NCBI GenBank assembly: GCA_963718875.1
Contig: OY970378.1
Coordinates: 754,433 to 818,432, forward strand
Reading direction: 5' to 3'
DNA length: 64,000 nt
Source of the DNA: Candidatus Parcubacteria bacterium
GTDB lineage: Bacteria > Patescibacteriota > Saccharimonadia > UBA4664 > JBIOIQ01
How positions within the stretch are numbered: the stretch's first letter is position 1; every line of letters begins with the position of its first letter. This document shows positions 48,012 to 57,699 of the stretch, piece after piece. Under the pieces are notes generated by a model. The model searched no databases. It was not told the origin of the DNA and saw only the letters and a program-made list of their open reading frames with translations. The translations under genes and the position numbers were made by a program.

Positions 48012-49240
48012 GGTATGAGGGTTTCTGGCTTTATGACGTCGTTGTTCAGCTTAATCAATACTTGATCTTGAAGCGCATTTTGCCCTAGATAGCGGGCAAA
48101 GATTTCGTTCCAGAGTGACTCGCGAAAATGATATAAATAGCGGTCAGTAAAGTTTAACTCATTGGAATAACTAAGACTGACGTCCATAAGATTAAAGGTA
48201 ACCGCGTGACCGTGTTTCATGGCCGCCACATAGTCCATGTCACGCCAAAAGCCTAACTCTGGGTCCACTTCGTACAAGAGATGCTCGGCATGACGCCAGT
48301 GCAGGTCTTCGGGCTGAACATGAGGTTCAAAAATTTCCGGATGGTGCTCGTGCTTTAACTTACCAAAATAGCGCTGGATCACACGCCAGTGAACATTTTT
48401 GGTTCCGGCAATACGCACATTCGGGGGATCGGCAATCAAAGTTGTGGCAACAATTCTCCCGAAATCCTTCTTAACCTTGATAAGCTTAAAAAATGCGCTG
48501 TAGAGGCGAATTTCGTTGTAGTAGTGCAGAATTAGAGGAAAAGCCTTGAGGGTTATGCCTTTCATGCGCTTGATTGGCATTGGCATGAGTGCAATAGCAC
48601 CCATTTCCTTGGAGTTGGTAATATTGTGTAGCTTTTTCTCAATAAAATGTATGGCGACATCGCCCCACTTGTCTGGGTCAAAAGGCACCAGACGAATCGG
48701 GCGCTCCACGAAATCATCGGGTTTTAAAATGTGATATAGAGAGTCGAAACGGTTCAACCAGTCCGCATTTTCACCAAAGCGAATAGACAAGAATAGTTCA
48801 TAGATATTTTCATTTGCTAATAAGCTTTTGACGTTGTCATAACCCAATCGCTCCATCACAGACATGGGTGGAGTTTTAGTAATCATTTGCTCTGCAACTT
48901 CCTCTTTTATGAAAAAGCCATTGCGGGGCATATCTATCTGTTCAACACGCTTAACCACTAAGGGTAGCATTTGAGCAACGTCATCCGGATCTGTACCTCC
49001 TATGGACCGGGCAAGATGTGTATCATGCTGAGCAATTTTGTGCATTAGCGCATCGTACGCCTGAGATGCTGTGCAGTCGTTATCAAGACCGAGCGATGAC
49101 AAAGCCTGTATTGATTTCCCTAAAATTTCGGCTATTAGAGATACATCTATGCCTCGCTCCCCCGTACGTAGTTCAAGCTCGCGCAAGGTGCGATCTAGCA
49201 AAGGTTCTTTGGCTAGTAAAAAGTCGGCTAATTTACTCAT
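48008..49240 (-). CDS. hypothetical protein (410 aa), His-rich C-terminal half
   Basis: Track ORF translationally coupled to both neighbours (4-nt overlaps); no family recognised. Confidence 0.5.
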   Translation of the reverse strand: MSKLADFLLAKEPLLDRTLRELELRTGERGIDVSLIAEILGKSIQALSSLGLDNDCTASQAYDALMHKIAQHDTHLARSIGGTDPDDVAQMLPLVVKRVEQIDMPRNGFFIKEEVAEQMITKTPPMSVMERLGYDNVKSLLANENIYELFLSIRFGENADWLNRFDSLYHILKPDDFVERPIRLVPFDPDKWGDVAIHFIEKKLHNITNSKEMGAIALMPMPIKRMKGITLKAFPLILHYYNEIRLYSAFFKLIKVKKDFGRIVATTLIADPPNVRIAGTKNVHWRVIQRYFGKLKHEHHPEIFEPHVQPEDLHWRHAEHLLYEVDPELGFWRDMDYVAAMKHGHAVTFNLMDVSLSYSNELNFTDRYLYHFRESLWNEIFARYLGQNALQDQVLIKLNNDVIKPETLIP

Positions 49241-50214
49241 AAAGACAGGGTTTGAATTTTCATTCGCTTGAGACGAGTGGTTTTTAAAATACCAGGCTTA
49301 GCGCCAATTTTTGTTACAACCGAAGTAGCATTGGCACTACCTAAGGTTAAGGCGTCAGCCAAACTTAGGCCTTTAGCAAGAGCGCTAACAAACCCGGACC
49401 CAAAAGCATCACCTGCCCCTAGTCGGTCAACTACTTTGACTTTTTGATACAAGCCGGCGTAATACAATTTATCGCTGTCACTAGCATAAACACCGCCTTG
49501 ACCGTCGGTCATAACAACATAGGGACAAACGCCAAAGCTGCGGATCATAACTTGCTTGGACGAGTCCCCGCCAAAAAGTACTCGCATCTCATCGCTGTTA
49601 CCATAGATAACTTCTAGATAAGGTAGTAGGGCGCGTAGTTTTTTAACTTTTGCGAGCTCCATCTCACCAGCGTTTAGTAACACCTTAATGCCGTGGTTTT
49701 TGGCGTGTTTTAATAATTTCTTCAGTAAGTCAAAATTGCCAGCTAGCGAAGATATGTAGAACCAGTCAGCTTCAAATGTCGCAATATTATAGTCACGAGC
49801 GCTTAGCTCATGCGAGGCGCCACGATAACTTAGTATCGTTCGTTCGCCGTTAGGGGATAATAATATGGTGGAATACCCGGTACCAAGCTTAGGGTCATAG
49901 GCCACATGATCAGCCGTAACGCCTTCGCGCTTTAAGACCCGTAGTACCTCTGCGCCAGAAGCGTCATGACCGATTTTACCAACATACTCGCTTTGGAGCC
50001 CCTGCCGAGCAAAGGTTACGGCGGCGTTAGTACCACCGCCTCCGGTTTCAATTCGAACATCCTCAATATTAATCTTGGCACCAAGAGGAAACTGCTCTAC
50101 ATAATCCTTAGTGCGCACATCCCGTCTGGCCGTTAAAGCTTTTCCCATGACAAAAACATCTTGGGTGGCTGCGCCGATAGAAAGGATTTTGATTACTCCA
50201 TCTGATTCTGACAT
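49237..50214 (-). CDS. PfkB-family carbohydrate/nucleoside kinase (ribokinase superfamily)
   Basis: N-terminal GG sugar-binding region and C-terminal GAGDAF anion-hole/ATP motif. Confidence 0.75.
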   Translation of the reverse strand: MSESDGVIKILSIGAATQDVFVMGKALTARRDVRTKDYVEQFPLGAKINIEDVRIETGGGGTNAAVTFARQGLQSEYVGKIGHDASGAEVLRVLKREGVTADHVAYDPKLGTGYSTILLSPNGERTILSYRGASHELSARDYNIATFEADWFYISSLAGNFDLLKKLLKHAKNHGIKVLLNAGEMELAKVKKLRALLPYLEVIYGNSDEMRVLFGGDSSKQVMIRSFGVCPYVVMTDGQGGVYASDSDKLYYAGLYQKVKVVDRLGAGDAFGSGFVSALAKGLSLADALTLGSANATSVVTKIGAKPGILKTTRLKRMKIQTLSL

Positions 50215-50370
50215 CTGTTACATGATACCAGTTATGGTTGTAGAAATAAATGTTGGAAGTTTTTGAGGTTCTAGGATTCTTTTTAATGGTCTTTGACTGG
50301 AGGACTTTTATCACGATACCAATATCCTTCTGCTCGACCAACCACCTAATACATTTTCAAAATTAAGTAA

Positions 50371-50410
50371 CGAAAAAATATAAAAATAGGCTTTTTTTTA
50401 TATTTTTTCG
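50371..50410. repeat. perfect 16-bp-arm AT-rich palindrome (CGAAAAAATATAAAAA-TAGGCTTT-TTTTTATATTTTTTCG)
   Basis: Read directly in the 400-bp intergenic region upstream of the pfkB-family operon. Confidence 0.7.
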
Positions 50411-50485
50411 TAGTATAAAATTGTAAATTAGCGTACCTACTCATTGAATTACGGCCACCAGGAGGAGGTCGATGCATTTGAAATA

Positions 50486-50531
50486 TTAGGTCACCAAAAG
50501 TACTAATATATTATTACTTTTGGTGACCTAA
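50486..50531. repeat. perfect 17-bp-arm palindrome (TTAGGTCACCAAAAGTA-N12-TACTTTTGGTGACCTAA)
   Basis: Read directly. AT-rich 12-nt loop. Lies 3' of the fba operon and 5' of the kinase operon. Confidence 0.7.
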
Positions 50532-50620
50532 TCTGATAATAGATATAACCCCCTGCAAGCCAGGACTGAAAAGGAGGAGTGACCACATACACATTATTAA
50601 AAGAGTTCTTTCGAGCAGGT

Positions 50621-50815
50621 TTATTGTTTGAAGTTAGACACCACAAATACTGCAGCAGCAATTATAAAGGCAATCAACCCCACCGCACCAACTATTAGCA
50701 ATCTGGCGACTGAGCCGACGGCTTGAACTGGGGTTGGAGCGCCCGAAGGTTTGAGATCATCTATCCCAGTATCTAAAGTCTCGCTTGATGGTGTAGTTGG
50801 CTTTTCTTCATTCAT
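50621..50815 (-). CDS. small membrane protein (64 aa)
   Basis: C-terminal TM helix; start overlaps the fba stop. Confidence 0.35.
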   Translation of the reverse strand: MNEEKPTTPSSETLDTGIDDLKPSGAPTPVQAVGSVARLLIVGAVGLIAFIIAAAVFVVSNFKQ

Positions 50816-51711
50816 GGCTGGGCCTTACCGGCTGAGTTAAACATATCGATGTGGGCCTCCACTACCGCCTGTACATCATCTTCAATGGGCTTCATAAGCT
50901 TTACTACAGCATATTCGTCGGGATGCTCTTTTAACTGTTTTTCCAGTTGAGTCCGATATGCATAACGCATGTCTGAGTTAATATTGACTTTACTTACCCC
51001 TACTTTCACGGCCTCTTGAAAATAGTGGGCTGCAGTGTCTGACCCGCCGTGCAAGCTGATGGCACAATCTAGCACCGGTCGAATCTGCTTGAGCAGTTCT
51101 ATATCTAGCTGCTTGGGTACCGAGTATTTGCCGTGTAAATTACCGACGGCAACAGCAAAGGTGTCAATCCCTGTGGCATCAACAAAAGCTTTGGAGCCTT
51201 CGGGAGTAGAAAAGGTTTTTTTAATTTCTTCGTAATCGATTGTTTCTTTGTGCACGTTCGAGCTGCCGCCAAAATAATGTGGCTCAGACTCCACCAGCGC
51301 TCCGGTGGTTTTGGCGTACTCAACTACCTCACGAGTAGCAGCAATAATCTCATGGTCGGTGGCCTCATGGTTAGCTTGCGACACATCAATGTGTATAAAC
51401 TCAAAGCCCGCATCAATTCCGGCTTTGGCAGCCTCGACGGTTGGCGAGTGATCTAGGTTAAGATAGGCCTCTATGCCGTATTCGACCTTGTAATTATCAA
51501 GCAGGTCGCGAGCGTTTGCCAGGCCAATGGCATCGACTTCCCCTTGACTGAGTTCAATCAGTACTGGTGAATTCTTGGCTTTGGCCGCTCGACAAACAGC
51601 TACCAACGTTTCTTGGTTATCGATATTGAACGAACCTACAGCAAATTTTTGATCCTTGGTGCGCTGCCACAACTCCCGGGCTTTTTCTTGATTCGTCATA
51701 GTCCCATCCAA
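50812..51711 (-). CDS. fba: fructose-bisphosphate aldolase, class II
   Basis: Class II FBA signatures (..NLDHSP.., ..HGGS.., ..KVNINSD..). Confidence 0.85.
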   Translation of the reverse strand: MDGTMTNQEKARELWQRTKDQKFAVGSFNIDNQETLVAVCRAAKAKNSPVLIELSQGEVDAIGLANARDLLDNYKVEYGIEAYLNLDHSPTVEAAKAGIDAGFEFIHIDVSQANHEATDHEIIAATREVVEYAKTTGALVESEPHYFGGSSNVHKETIDYEEIKKTFSTPEGSKAFVDATGIDTFAVAVGNLHGKYSVPKQLDIELLKQIRPVLDCAISLHGGSDTAAHYFQEAVKVGVSKVNINSDMRYAYRTQLEKQLKEHPDEYAVVKLMKPIEDDVQAVVEAHIDMFNSAGKAQP

Positions 51712-51738
51712 TTTTCATTTAACAATTTTCAATTTTCA

Positions 51739-52308
51739 CTACTTCTTAAGTTTATTATACATCAATCGTGCCCCCACCAGTGCTCCAGTAGAAATGGCTA
51801 GCCAAAACCCAAAATTTAAAGCAGCTCCAGTGTAGTTAGGGGTCCATTCCCAAGCTGCTACATCTGGGCTTTTTTGAAAAATGGGCGCTGGCCACCCGGC
51901 ATATGACCTTGTAAAACCTTCGGAACAAGCCAGAGAGCTAGAAGTTGACTGGCAAGATTCATACGGGACAGATCGTCCGTAATCCAACGATTTTATCATC
52001 AAGATAACAGACAGAAGTAACGCCGCCACAAGTAGGCCAAGGTAGGATTTTTCCTTCAAGAATTTGTATACGCCGAAAATAAGGTCGAATGCTAACAAAA
52101 ATATCACGTACCCCATTGCAGATGCAGCTAAAACAGCTGCTGCGATATTATAATTAACCTTAGAGGATCCGCTATATTCCATTCCCTGAATAGACACAGA
52201 AATTAGTATGAAAGGGACCACGAGAATAAGCACGTGTGACGTAATCCACAAAGCTCTTGAATGTTCTTTAATTTTTGAGCCTAACTGTTTTTTGCTTGGA
52301 TTAGTCAC
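51739..52308 (-). CDS. hypothetical polytopic membrane protein
   Basis: 189 aa, 4-5 TM helices. Confidence 0.4.
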   Translation of the reverse strand: MTNPSKKQLGSKIKEHSRALWITSHVLILVVPFILISVSIQGMEYSGSSKVNYNIAAAVLAASAMGYVIFLLAFDLIFGVYKFLKEKSYLGLLVAALLLSVILMIKSLDYGRSVPYESCQSTSSSLACSEGFTRSYAGWPAPIFQKSPDVAAWEWTPNYTGAALNFGFWLAISTGALVGARLMYNKLKK

Positions 52309-52311
52309 AGC

Positions 52312-53292
52312 TTAAGATTTTCGCTTCAACAAGTCTTGGGTACGTTTAGTAATGTGTGGTGCGGTTAGCCCAAACTTTTGTAATAACTCTTCTGGCTTAC
52401 CCGACTCGCCAAAATGGTCGTTCATCCCGATCCGAGTCATCGGTAAAGGCTCGTTCTCGGCCAACAATTCAGCAATCAGGCCGCCTAGACCTCCGTTAAT
52501 TTGGGCTTCTTCAACCGTAACGACAGCACGGGTCTTGCGAACGCTCTTAAGAATGGTGACGCTGTCGAGCGGCTTAATGACGGCGCAATTAATAACTTCG
52601 GCTGAAATATAGTGCTTACTCAATTGCTCGGCCGCTACAAGTGCCTGATAAACCATGAGTCCACAAGCAATAATTGTAACGTCTTCCCCTTCTCGAAACA
52701 CTTGGGCTTTGCCTAAGCTAAAGGGCGTATCCGGCGTAGTTACAGTTGGGGTCTTTTCGCGGGCTAGCCTAAGATATGCTGGTCCGTCCATCCCCGCCAG
52801 CACCAAAGTGGCTTTTTGGGCCTCAATAGCGTCGCAAGGAACAACTACAGTCATGTGCGGCAACACCCGCATGAGCGCAATATCTTCTAGCATTTGGTGA
52901 GTGGCCCCATCAGACCCAACGGACACTCCGGCATGCGAGCCAACCACTTTTACGTTGGTTTGATTAAGACAAATAGTGGTGCGAATTTGTTCCCAGTTTC
53001 GGCCGGGCGAAAACGCCGCATAGCTAGAAACGAAGGGTATTTTGCCAGCCAGGGCCATACCCGCTGCTACCGTCACTAGGTTCTGCTCACCGATACCAAT
53101 TTCTACAAAGCGGTCAGGAAATTCTTTTTTAAAGTCACTCATTTTGGTGGATTCGGTTAGGTCGGCACATAGTGCCACAACTTTGTTGTCGCGTTTACCG
53201 GCTTCAACTAGCCCACGGCCAAAACCATTGCGATTTGGCTCTTGTTCAACATCGCTGCGATAAAGCTTGGGATTAAGGTTTATGTCTTTCAT
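52312..53292 (-). CDS. tkt: transketolase, C-terminal subunit (pyrimidine-binding and C-terminal domains)
   Basis: Pyr-domain motifs (..GIGEQNLV.., ..FSPGRNWEQIR..) with the TK C-terminal domain; 326 aa as in split transketolases. Confidence 0.85.
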   Translation of the reverse strand: MKDINLNPKLYRSDVEQEPNRNGFGRGLVEAGKRDNKVVALCADLTESTKMSDFKKEFPDRFVEIGIGEQNLVTVAAGMALAGKIPFVSSYAAFSPGRNWEQIRTTICLNQTNVKVVGSHAGVSVGSDGATHQMLEDIALMRVLPHMTVVVPCDAIEAQKATLVLAGMDGPAYLRLAREKTPTVTTPDTPFSLGKAQVFREGEDVTIIACGLMVYQALVAAEQLSKHYISAEVINCAVIKPLDSVTILKSVRKTRAVVTVEEAQINGGLGGLIAELLAENEPLPMTRIGMNDHFGESGKPEELLQKFGLTAPHITKRTQDLLKRKS

Positions 53293-53759
53293 TATAGAGC
53301 CTCTATTCGAATTAAGATTTTTTGGGGTGGGGTAGCTTTGAACAAGTTAAAATTAGCGATTGGATGCAAACTAGGATGGGGCTCTATTGAAACGCTTAAA
53401 AAGGCTTTTTTAGAAAGGTTTCTGGCGTCTAAATATTCTAAACCTTGATCGTCATTATCAATCTTAAACCCCGCTTGAGGAAGAGCGCTTTTTATAGAAT
53501 TGTAAAAGGCTTGGCGCGATTGGGTTGTGCTATATTCGTATTCCCAGTGCCATGAGTCGTCAAGTGGGTCGCGTCGTAACCATTTTTGGCTGACGAGCTT
53601 CATTTTGGGATCCCATCTAATGCTACCGTGGACTTTTTGAAGCGCCGCCTTAGATCCTGCGTAATAAACTTTCCATATAACGAGACCGGACAACACCAGT
53701 GGTAATGCCAGCACCAAAAAGCGCCTTGAAGATTTCTTTTTAAGCTTACTGGTGCTCAC
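53292..53759 (-). CDS. hypothetical membrane-anchored protein inserted between the two transketolase subunit genes
   Basis: 155 aa, N-terminal TM; overlaps the tkt-N stop by 14 nt and its stop abuts the tkt-C start. Confidence 0.4.
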   Translation of the reverse strand: MSTSKLKKKSSRRFLVLALPLVLSGLVIWKVYYAGSKAALQKVHGSIRWDPKMKLVSQKWLRRDPLDDSWHWEYEYSTTQSRQAFYNSIKSALPQAGFKIDNDDQGLEYLDARNLSKKAFLSVSIEPHPSLHPIANFNLFKATPPQKILIRIEAL

Positions 53760-54612
53760 TGCGGATCCTTCCTCCTAATGTACGTAAATCGTGTAAGGCA
53801 ATCTTGGCTTGTTCTTCACTAGCCGGAGCTCCGGGAACATCGGCAAAGTAGCCGTGAAAATGAAAGTCGTATTCCATATACCCTACGCCCCTACCCGGAA
53901 TAGTGTGGGCGATAATCATAACTGGCTTGTTTTCAATAGCTTTGGCTTCACTTATGGTTTTTAAAATATCGGGAAAATCGTGGCCGTTCATCTCCATAAC
54001 ATGCCATCCAAAGGCTTCCCATTTTGCGCGCAAGTTTTCTAACGGCATCACCTCTTCGGTAGGGCCGTCGATTTGGATGTTGTTGCGATCGGTAATGGCA
54101 ACGAGGTTGGATAACTTATATTTGGCTGCAAACATGGCTGCTTCCCAAACATTGCCTTCATTTTGCTCGCCATCGCCCATAAGACAATAAATAAAGCGGT
54201 GCCGGTTACCCTCCATCTGCAGGGCTAAAGCTAACCCCGCTGCTTGGCTAAGACCAGAACCAAGTGGTCCGCTGGTAGTTTCTAGCCCCGGTAATTTCGT
54301 CCGTTCTGGGTGACCTTGAAGCCGACTACCAAGCTGGCGCAAGGTGCCTAGTTCTTTAACGGGGAAGTAACCAGACCGAGCCATGGTAGCATAACGCACT
54401 GGTACAATGTGCCCGTTGGAAAGTATCAGCACGTCGCGCTCAGCCCAATCCGGTTGCTTGGGCCGGTGGTTCATCACGTCAAAATAAAGGGCTGTAAAAA
54501 TGTCGGCCATCCCAAGAGGGCCGGCGGAATGCCCACTCCCCGCCTCCACCAACATTTTAATTATATCTTGGCGGATGGTATTAGCCATGAGTTCGAGTTC
54601 TTGGGTAGTCAC
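53746..54612 (-). CDS. tkt: transketolase, N-terminal subunit (TPP-binding)
   Basis: TPP-binding motifs (GSGHSAGPLGMADI, GDGEQNEG). Confidence 0.85.
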   Translation of the reverse strand: MTTQELELMANTIRQDIIKMLVEAGSGHSAGPLGMADIFTALYFDVMNHRPKQPDWAERDVLILSNGHIVPVRYATMARSGYFPVKELGTLRQLGSRLQGHPERTKLPGLETTSGPLGSGLSQAAGLALALQMEGNRHRFIYCLMGDGEQNEGNVWEAAMFAAKYKLSNLVAITDRNNIQIDGPTEEVMPLENLRAKWEAFGWHVMEMNGHDFPDILKTISEAKAIENKPVMIIAHTIPGRGVGYMEYDFHFHGYFADVPGAPASEEQAKIALHDLRTLGGRIRSEHQ

Positions 54613-54613
54613 G

Positions 54614-54961
54614 CTACACGCTCCCCTTTATTCTGCCTACATATATTTTGAACCCCATCACTATCAAAATCCCCATCAAAACGTTAATCGCTAGACCGTC
54701 ATATCGATATGATCGCACTAAGGTATATTCGCAGCCGATCCGTGTATGCTCGCCGAGATTTGGATCGCCCCCTTTACAATCAAAGCTCGTTGTAGTAAAT
54801 GTTACAGGCCAGCCAAAGGTCGAATTAAATGAGCTTTTGTCGCATCCCAGACAAATGGAAGGTGGAAATGATACACGAGAATTTAATACGTTAAGAGTTA
54901 CGAGACCAATTATAAGTAGCCCTATTAGCAAAGGTATCTTTGTCGACTTTACTATCTTCAT
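54614..54961 (-). CDS. hypothetical membrane protein
   Basis: 115 aa, N-terminal TM, Cys-containing ectodomain. Confidence 0.4.
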   Translation of the reverse strand: MKIVKSTKIPLLIGLLIIGLVTLNVLNSRVSFPPSICLGCDKSSFNSTFGWPVTFTTTSFDCKGGDPNLGEHTRIGCEYTLVRSYRYDGLAINVLMGILIVMGFKIYVGRIKGSV

Positions 54962-55584
54962 AACATGCTCTCCAATGTTAGGTAAGCTGTTCTAGGATCA
55001 GCTGCTTCGTGAACATAACTCCCCGTATCTAGGACATCAGCGCCGGCTGATAGTGCTAGTTGAGCAGTTTCTAGGTTTACTCCTCCATCGACCGCAACTT
55101 CCAAGTTAGGGTTTATGGCCTTGGCTTGAGCGATCTTGACTAAAGCCGTTTGATCCATTTCTCCACCGTTATGGCCGAGATGACCAGTAAACACTAATAA
55201 GTGGTCGACTAGTGTAAGCAGTTCCTCAACTTGGTCGACGGTTGTTTCCTGCTTGATTGCCAGGCCAGCTTTAATACCAACGGCTTTAATTTGATTAAAT
55301 AGTCCCACCAAATCGCCATTTGATTCAAAATGTAGAATTATAAGGTGGGGCTTGAGTGCCAACATATTTTCTATTTGGTCCGACGGACCCGCAACCATCA
55401 TATGAAGCTCAAGTTCGGCTCCATCAACTCCATATGCCTGGCTCAATCCAATAGTCCGTTGAGGAGCAAACACCCCGTCGGAAATGTCTACATGGATGCG
55501 CTTAGCGAACGGTTTGATACGGTCAATCCGCACGGCAAACTCTTGCGGGGTTGTAGCCAGTATTGTTACGGCGATTTTAGCCAT
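54958..55584 (-). CDS. rpe: ribulose-phosphate 3-epimerase
   Basis: TIM-barrel RPE motifs (HVDISDG, HMMV, DGG). Confidence 0.85.
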   Translation of the reverse strand: MAKIAVTILATTPQEFAVRIDRIKPFAKRIHVDISDGVFAPQRTIGLSQAYGVDGAELELHMMVAGPSDQIENMLALKPHLIILHFESNGDLVGLFNQIKAVGIKAGLAIKQETTVDQVEELLTLVDHLLVFTGHLGHNGGEMDQTALVKIAQAKAINPNLEVAVDGGVNLETAQLALSAGADVLDTGSYVHEAADPRTAYLTLESML

Positions 55585-55726
55585 TCTGGCACCAACCTGT
55601 CATCTCGACCCCCACACGTCATTCCCCGGCTTGACCGGGGAATCTATCTGAATAGATGTTTCGCCCAGTTTACCCTGAGAGAAGTCGAAGGGCTCAACAT
55701 GACAGGATAAAGTTAAGAAACAGTTT

Positions 55727-56173
55727 TTAGCCATATAATTCGTCTATTTGCTTGTTACGGCGGATATAACGCTCTTTGGCGGCGAATTTTGTTATTAGCC
55801 ATGTATCCACGATGTCAAAGGCGCTTTCTTGATCGAGCATAGCGCTAGGAACTGCCAGCACATTGGCATCATTGTCTTGTCGACTTTCTGCTGCTGATTC
55901 TAAATCCCATGCTATAGCTGCTCTAATACCTCCGACTCGATTGGCTGCCATTGCCATGCCGTTTGCTCTAGTGCAGAACAATATTCCTCGGGCTTCATCA
56001 TTTTCTCCCAATATTTTTGTTGCAACAGCGTATGCATATTGAGGGAAGTCGTCTTCTGGGTCAAGAGTCTTTGCGCCAAGGTCATCTACATCATGCCCTT
56101 TGTGAATTAGGTGCTCGTACACTGCATTTTTCAACTCGTACCCGCCATGATCGGCACCAAGAAAAATTTTCAT
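55727..56173 (-). CDS. rpiB: ribose-5-phosphate isomerase B
   Basis: MKIFLGADHGGYELK... RpiB/LacAB signature, 148 aa. Confidence 0.8.
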   Translation of the reverse strand: MKIFLGADHGGYELKNAVYEHLIHKGHDVDDLGAKTLDPEDDFPQYAYAVATKILGENDEARGILFCTRANGMAMAANRVGGIRAAIAWDLESAAESRQDNDANVLAVPSAMLDQESAFDIVDTWLITKFAAKERYIRRNKQIDELYG

Positions 56174-57183
56174 GCTACTGACTTTCCAGCTAGCTCTACC
56201 ATCTCAACTAGGCGATTGGAGTAGCCCCATTCGTTGTCGTACCATGCTACAACTTTTACCAGGTTACCGCCAACTACCTTTGTCAGGTTTAAGTCTACGA
56301 TGGCAGAGTGACTGTCTCCAATAAGGTCGCTCGAAACGAGTTGCTCGCTAGTAACTGCAAGTATACCTTTGTATTCTGGGGCGTTGGCGGCTTTGCTTAA
56401 AATATCATTAACTTCTTCGACAGTGGTATCGCGCTTAGCCAATAATGTAATATCGCTAAGACTAACTACGGGGGTGGGGACTCGGATGGACAGCCCATCA
56501 AATAGCCCTTTTAGCTCTGGTACGGTTAAGGCGGCTGCGATAGCAGCACCAGTTGTGGTAGGCACTATGTTTTCGGCAGCATTACGGCCTTCGCGTAAGT
56601 CTTTATTAGGAGCATCTTGGAGAGCTTGGCTAGCAGTATAGGAGTGGATGGTGGTCATGAGCGATTTTTCAATGCCTAAGTCGCGACTTAACACCGCCAT
56701 TAAAGGAGCAATGCAGTTGGTCGTACAGGAGGCATTTGAAATAATTTGATGGTCCGGGCTAAGGCTAGCCTGGTTAGCGCCAAACACAAATGTGTCGCCG
56801 TGATCTTCGCCCTTTTCTGGCGCGCTAAGTACTACTTTCTTAGCTCCAGCTTTGATGTGCAGTTGCAAATCTTCATTTTTTGTAAATCTGCCAGTTGATT
56901 CAATTACTACGTCGACGTCTAGATCTTTCCACGGCAATAGAGACGGGTCTTTCTCGGCTAAGACTTTCACTGGCTTACCGTCTACTATAATGTTGGATTC
57001 ATCAAAACCGACTTCATGGTGATATGTCCCGTAGTTGGAATCATGTCGCAGCAAATATGCTAACGTCTTAGTATCAGTTAAATCATTTATAGCCACGACC
57101 TCAAGCTCGGAATGCTCAAAAGCTATTTTAAAGGCATTTCGCCCAATCCTACCGAACCCGTTAATACCGATCTTGATGCTCAT
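56170..57183 (-). CDS. gap: glyceraldehyde-3-phosphate dehydrogenase
   Basis: INGFGRIGR Rossmann motif, active-site ASCTTNC. Confidence 0.9.
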   Translation of the reverse strand: MSIKIGINGFGRIGRNAFKIAFEHSELEVVAINDLTDTKTLAYLLRHDSNYGTYHHEVGFDESNIIVDGKPVKVLAEKDPSLLPWKDLDVDVVIESTGRFTKNEDLQLHIKAGAKKVVLSAPEKGEDHGDTFVFGANQASLSPDHQIISNASCTTNCIAPLMAVLSRDLGIEKSLMTTIHSYTASQALQDAPNKDLREGRNAAENIVPTTTGAAIAAALTVPELKGLFDGLSIRVPTPVVSLSDITLLAKRDTTVEEVNDILSKAANAPEYKGILAVTSEQLVSSDLIGDSHSAIVDLNLTKVVGGNLVKVVAWYDNEWGYSNRLVEMVELAGKSVA

Positions 57184-57283
57184 ATTTTGTTTTACCCTGT
57201 TATTTAAGCTTAATTATATAACCTTAAGCATTTATGAGCAAATTGCTGGTATTTTTTATCATGCTTATGCTACAATCGTACCT

Positions 57284-57625
57284 ATGGTATCAACAAAAAA
57301 AAAGAAATCAGGACTATCGGCTTTTTTTACGACTAGTCCACTAAAAACTGGCGCGAGCATTTTGCTGATTGTTTCAGTTTTATTAAACTTAGGGGTCTTA
57401 GTATTCATAGTTTTGCTAAAACATACAGCAAAATTTGATTTAGCCTTGGTGCATTACACACTCAACAAGACTTGCCAGGAGGATTACCAGGAGGTCTTGC
57501 AAATAGTGGCCGATAAAAGCGTAGACCCGGAAGCTCAAAAAAAGTTTTTTGCCGCGGGCGTTTGTTTCCGTGATTACAAAACCGGCAAACCGATAGATAT
57601 CAAGTCGATTAAACCGCTACAGTAG
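57284..57625 (+). CDS. small hypothetical membrane protein
   Basis: Internal start MVSTKKKK of track ORF 57035..57625, whose 5' part overlaps gap antisense; TACAAT -10 element just upstream. Confidence 0.35.
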   Translation: MVSTKKKKSGLSAFFTTSPLKTGASILLIVSVLLNLGVLVFIVLLKHTAKFDLALVHYTLNKTCQEDYQEVLQIVADKSVDPEAQKKFFAAGVCFRDYKTGKPIDIKSIKPLQ

Positions 57626-57699
57626 TTTCTGCTTATGCTTTTATGGCTTTGCTAAGTTATTATCGGTGAATATCTTTTATTCAGGTTGTAACGCGGACT

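Noticed and set aside
57035-57283. 5' part of track ORF 57035..57625 antisense to the gap start
   Set aside because: Overlaps the gap N-terminal Rossmann region on the opposite strand. A -10 element and an internal Met at 57284 give a more plausible short gene.
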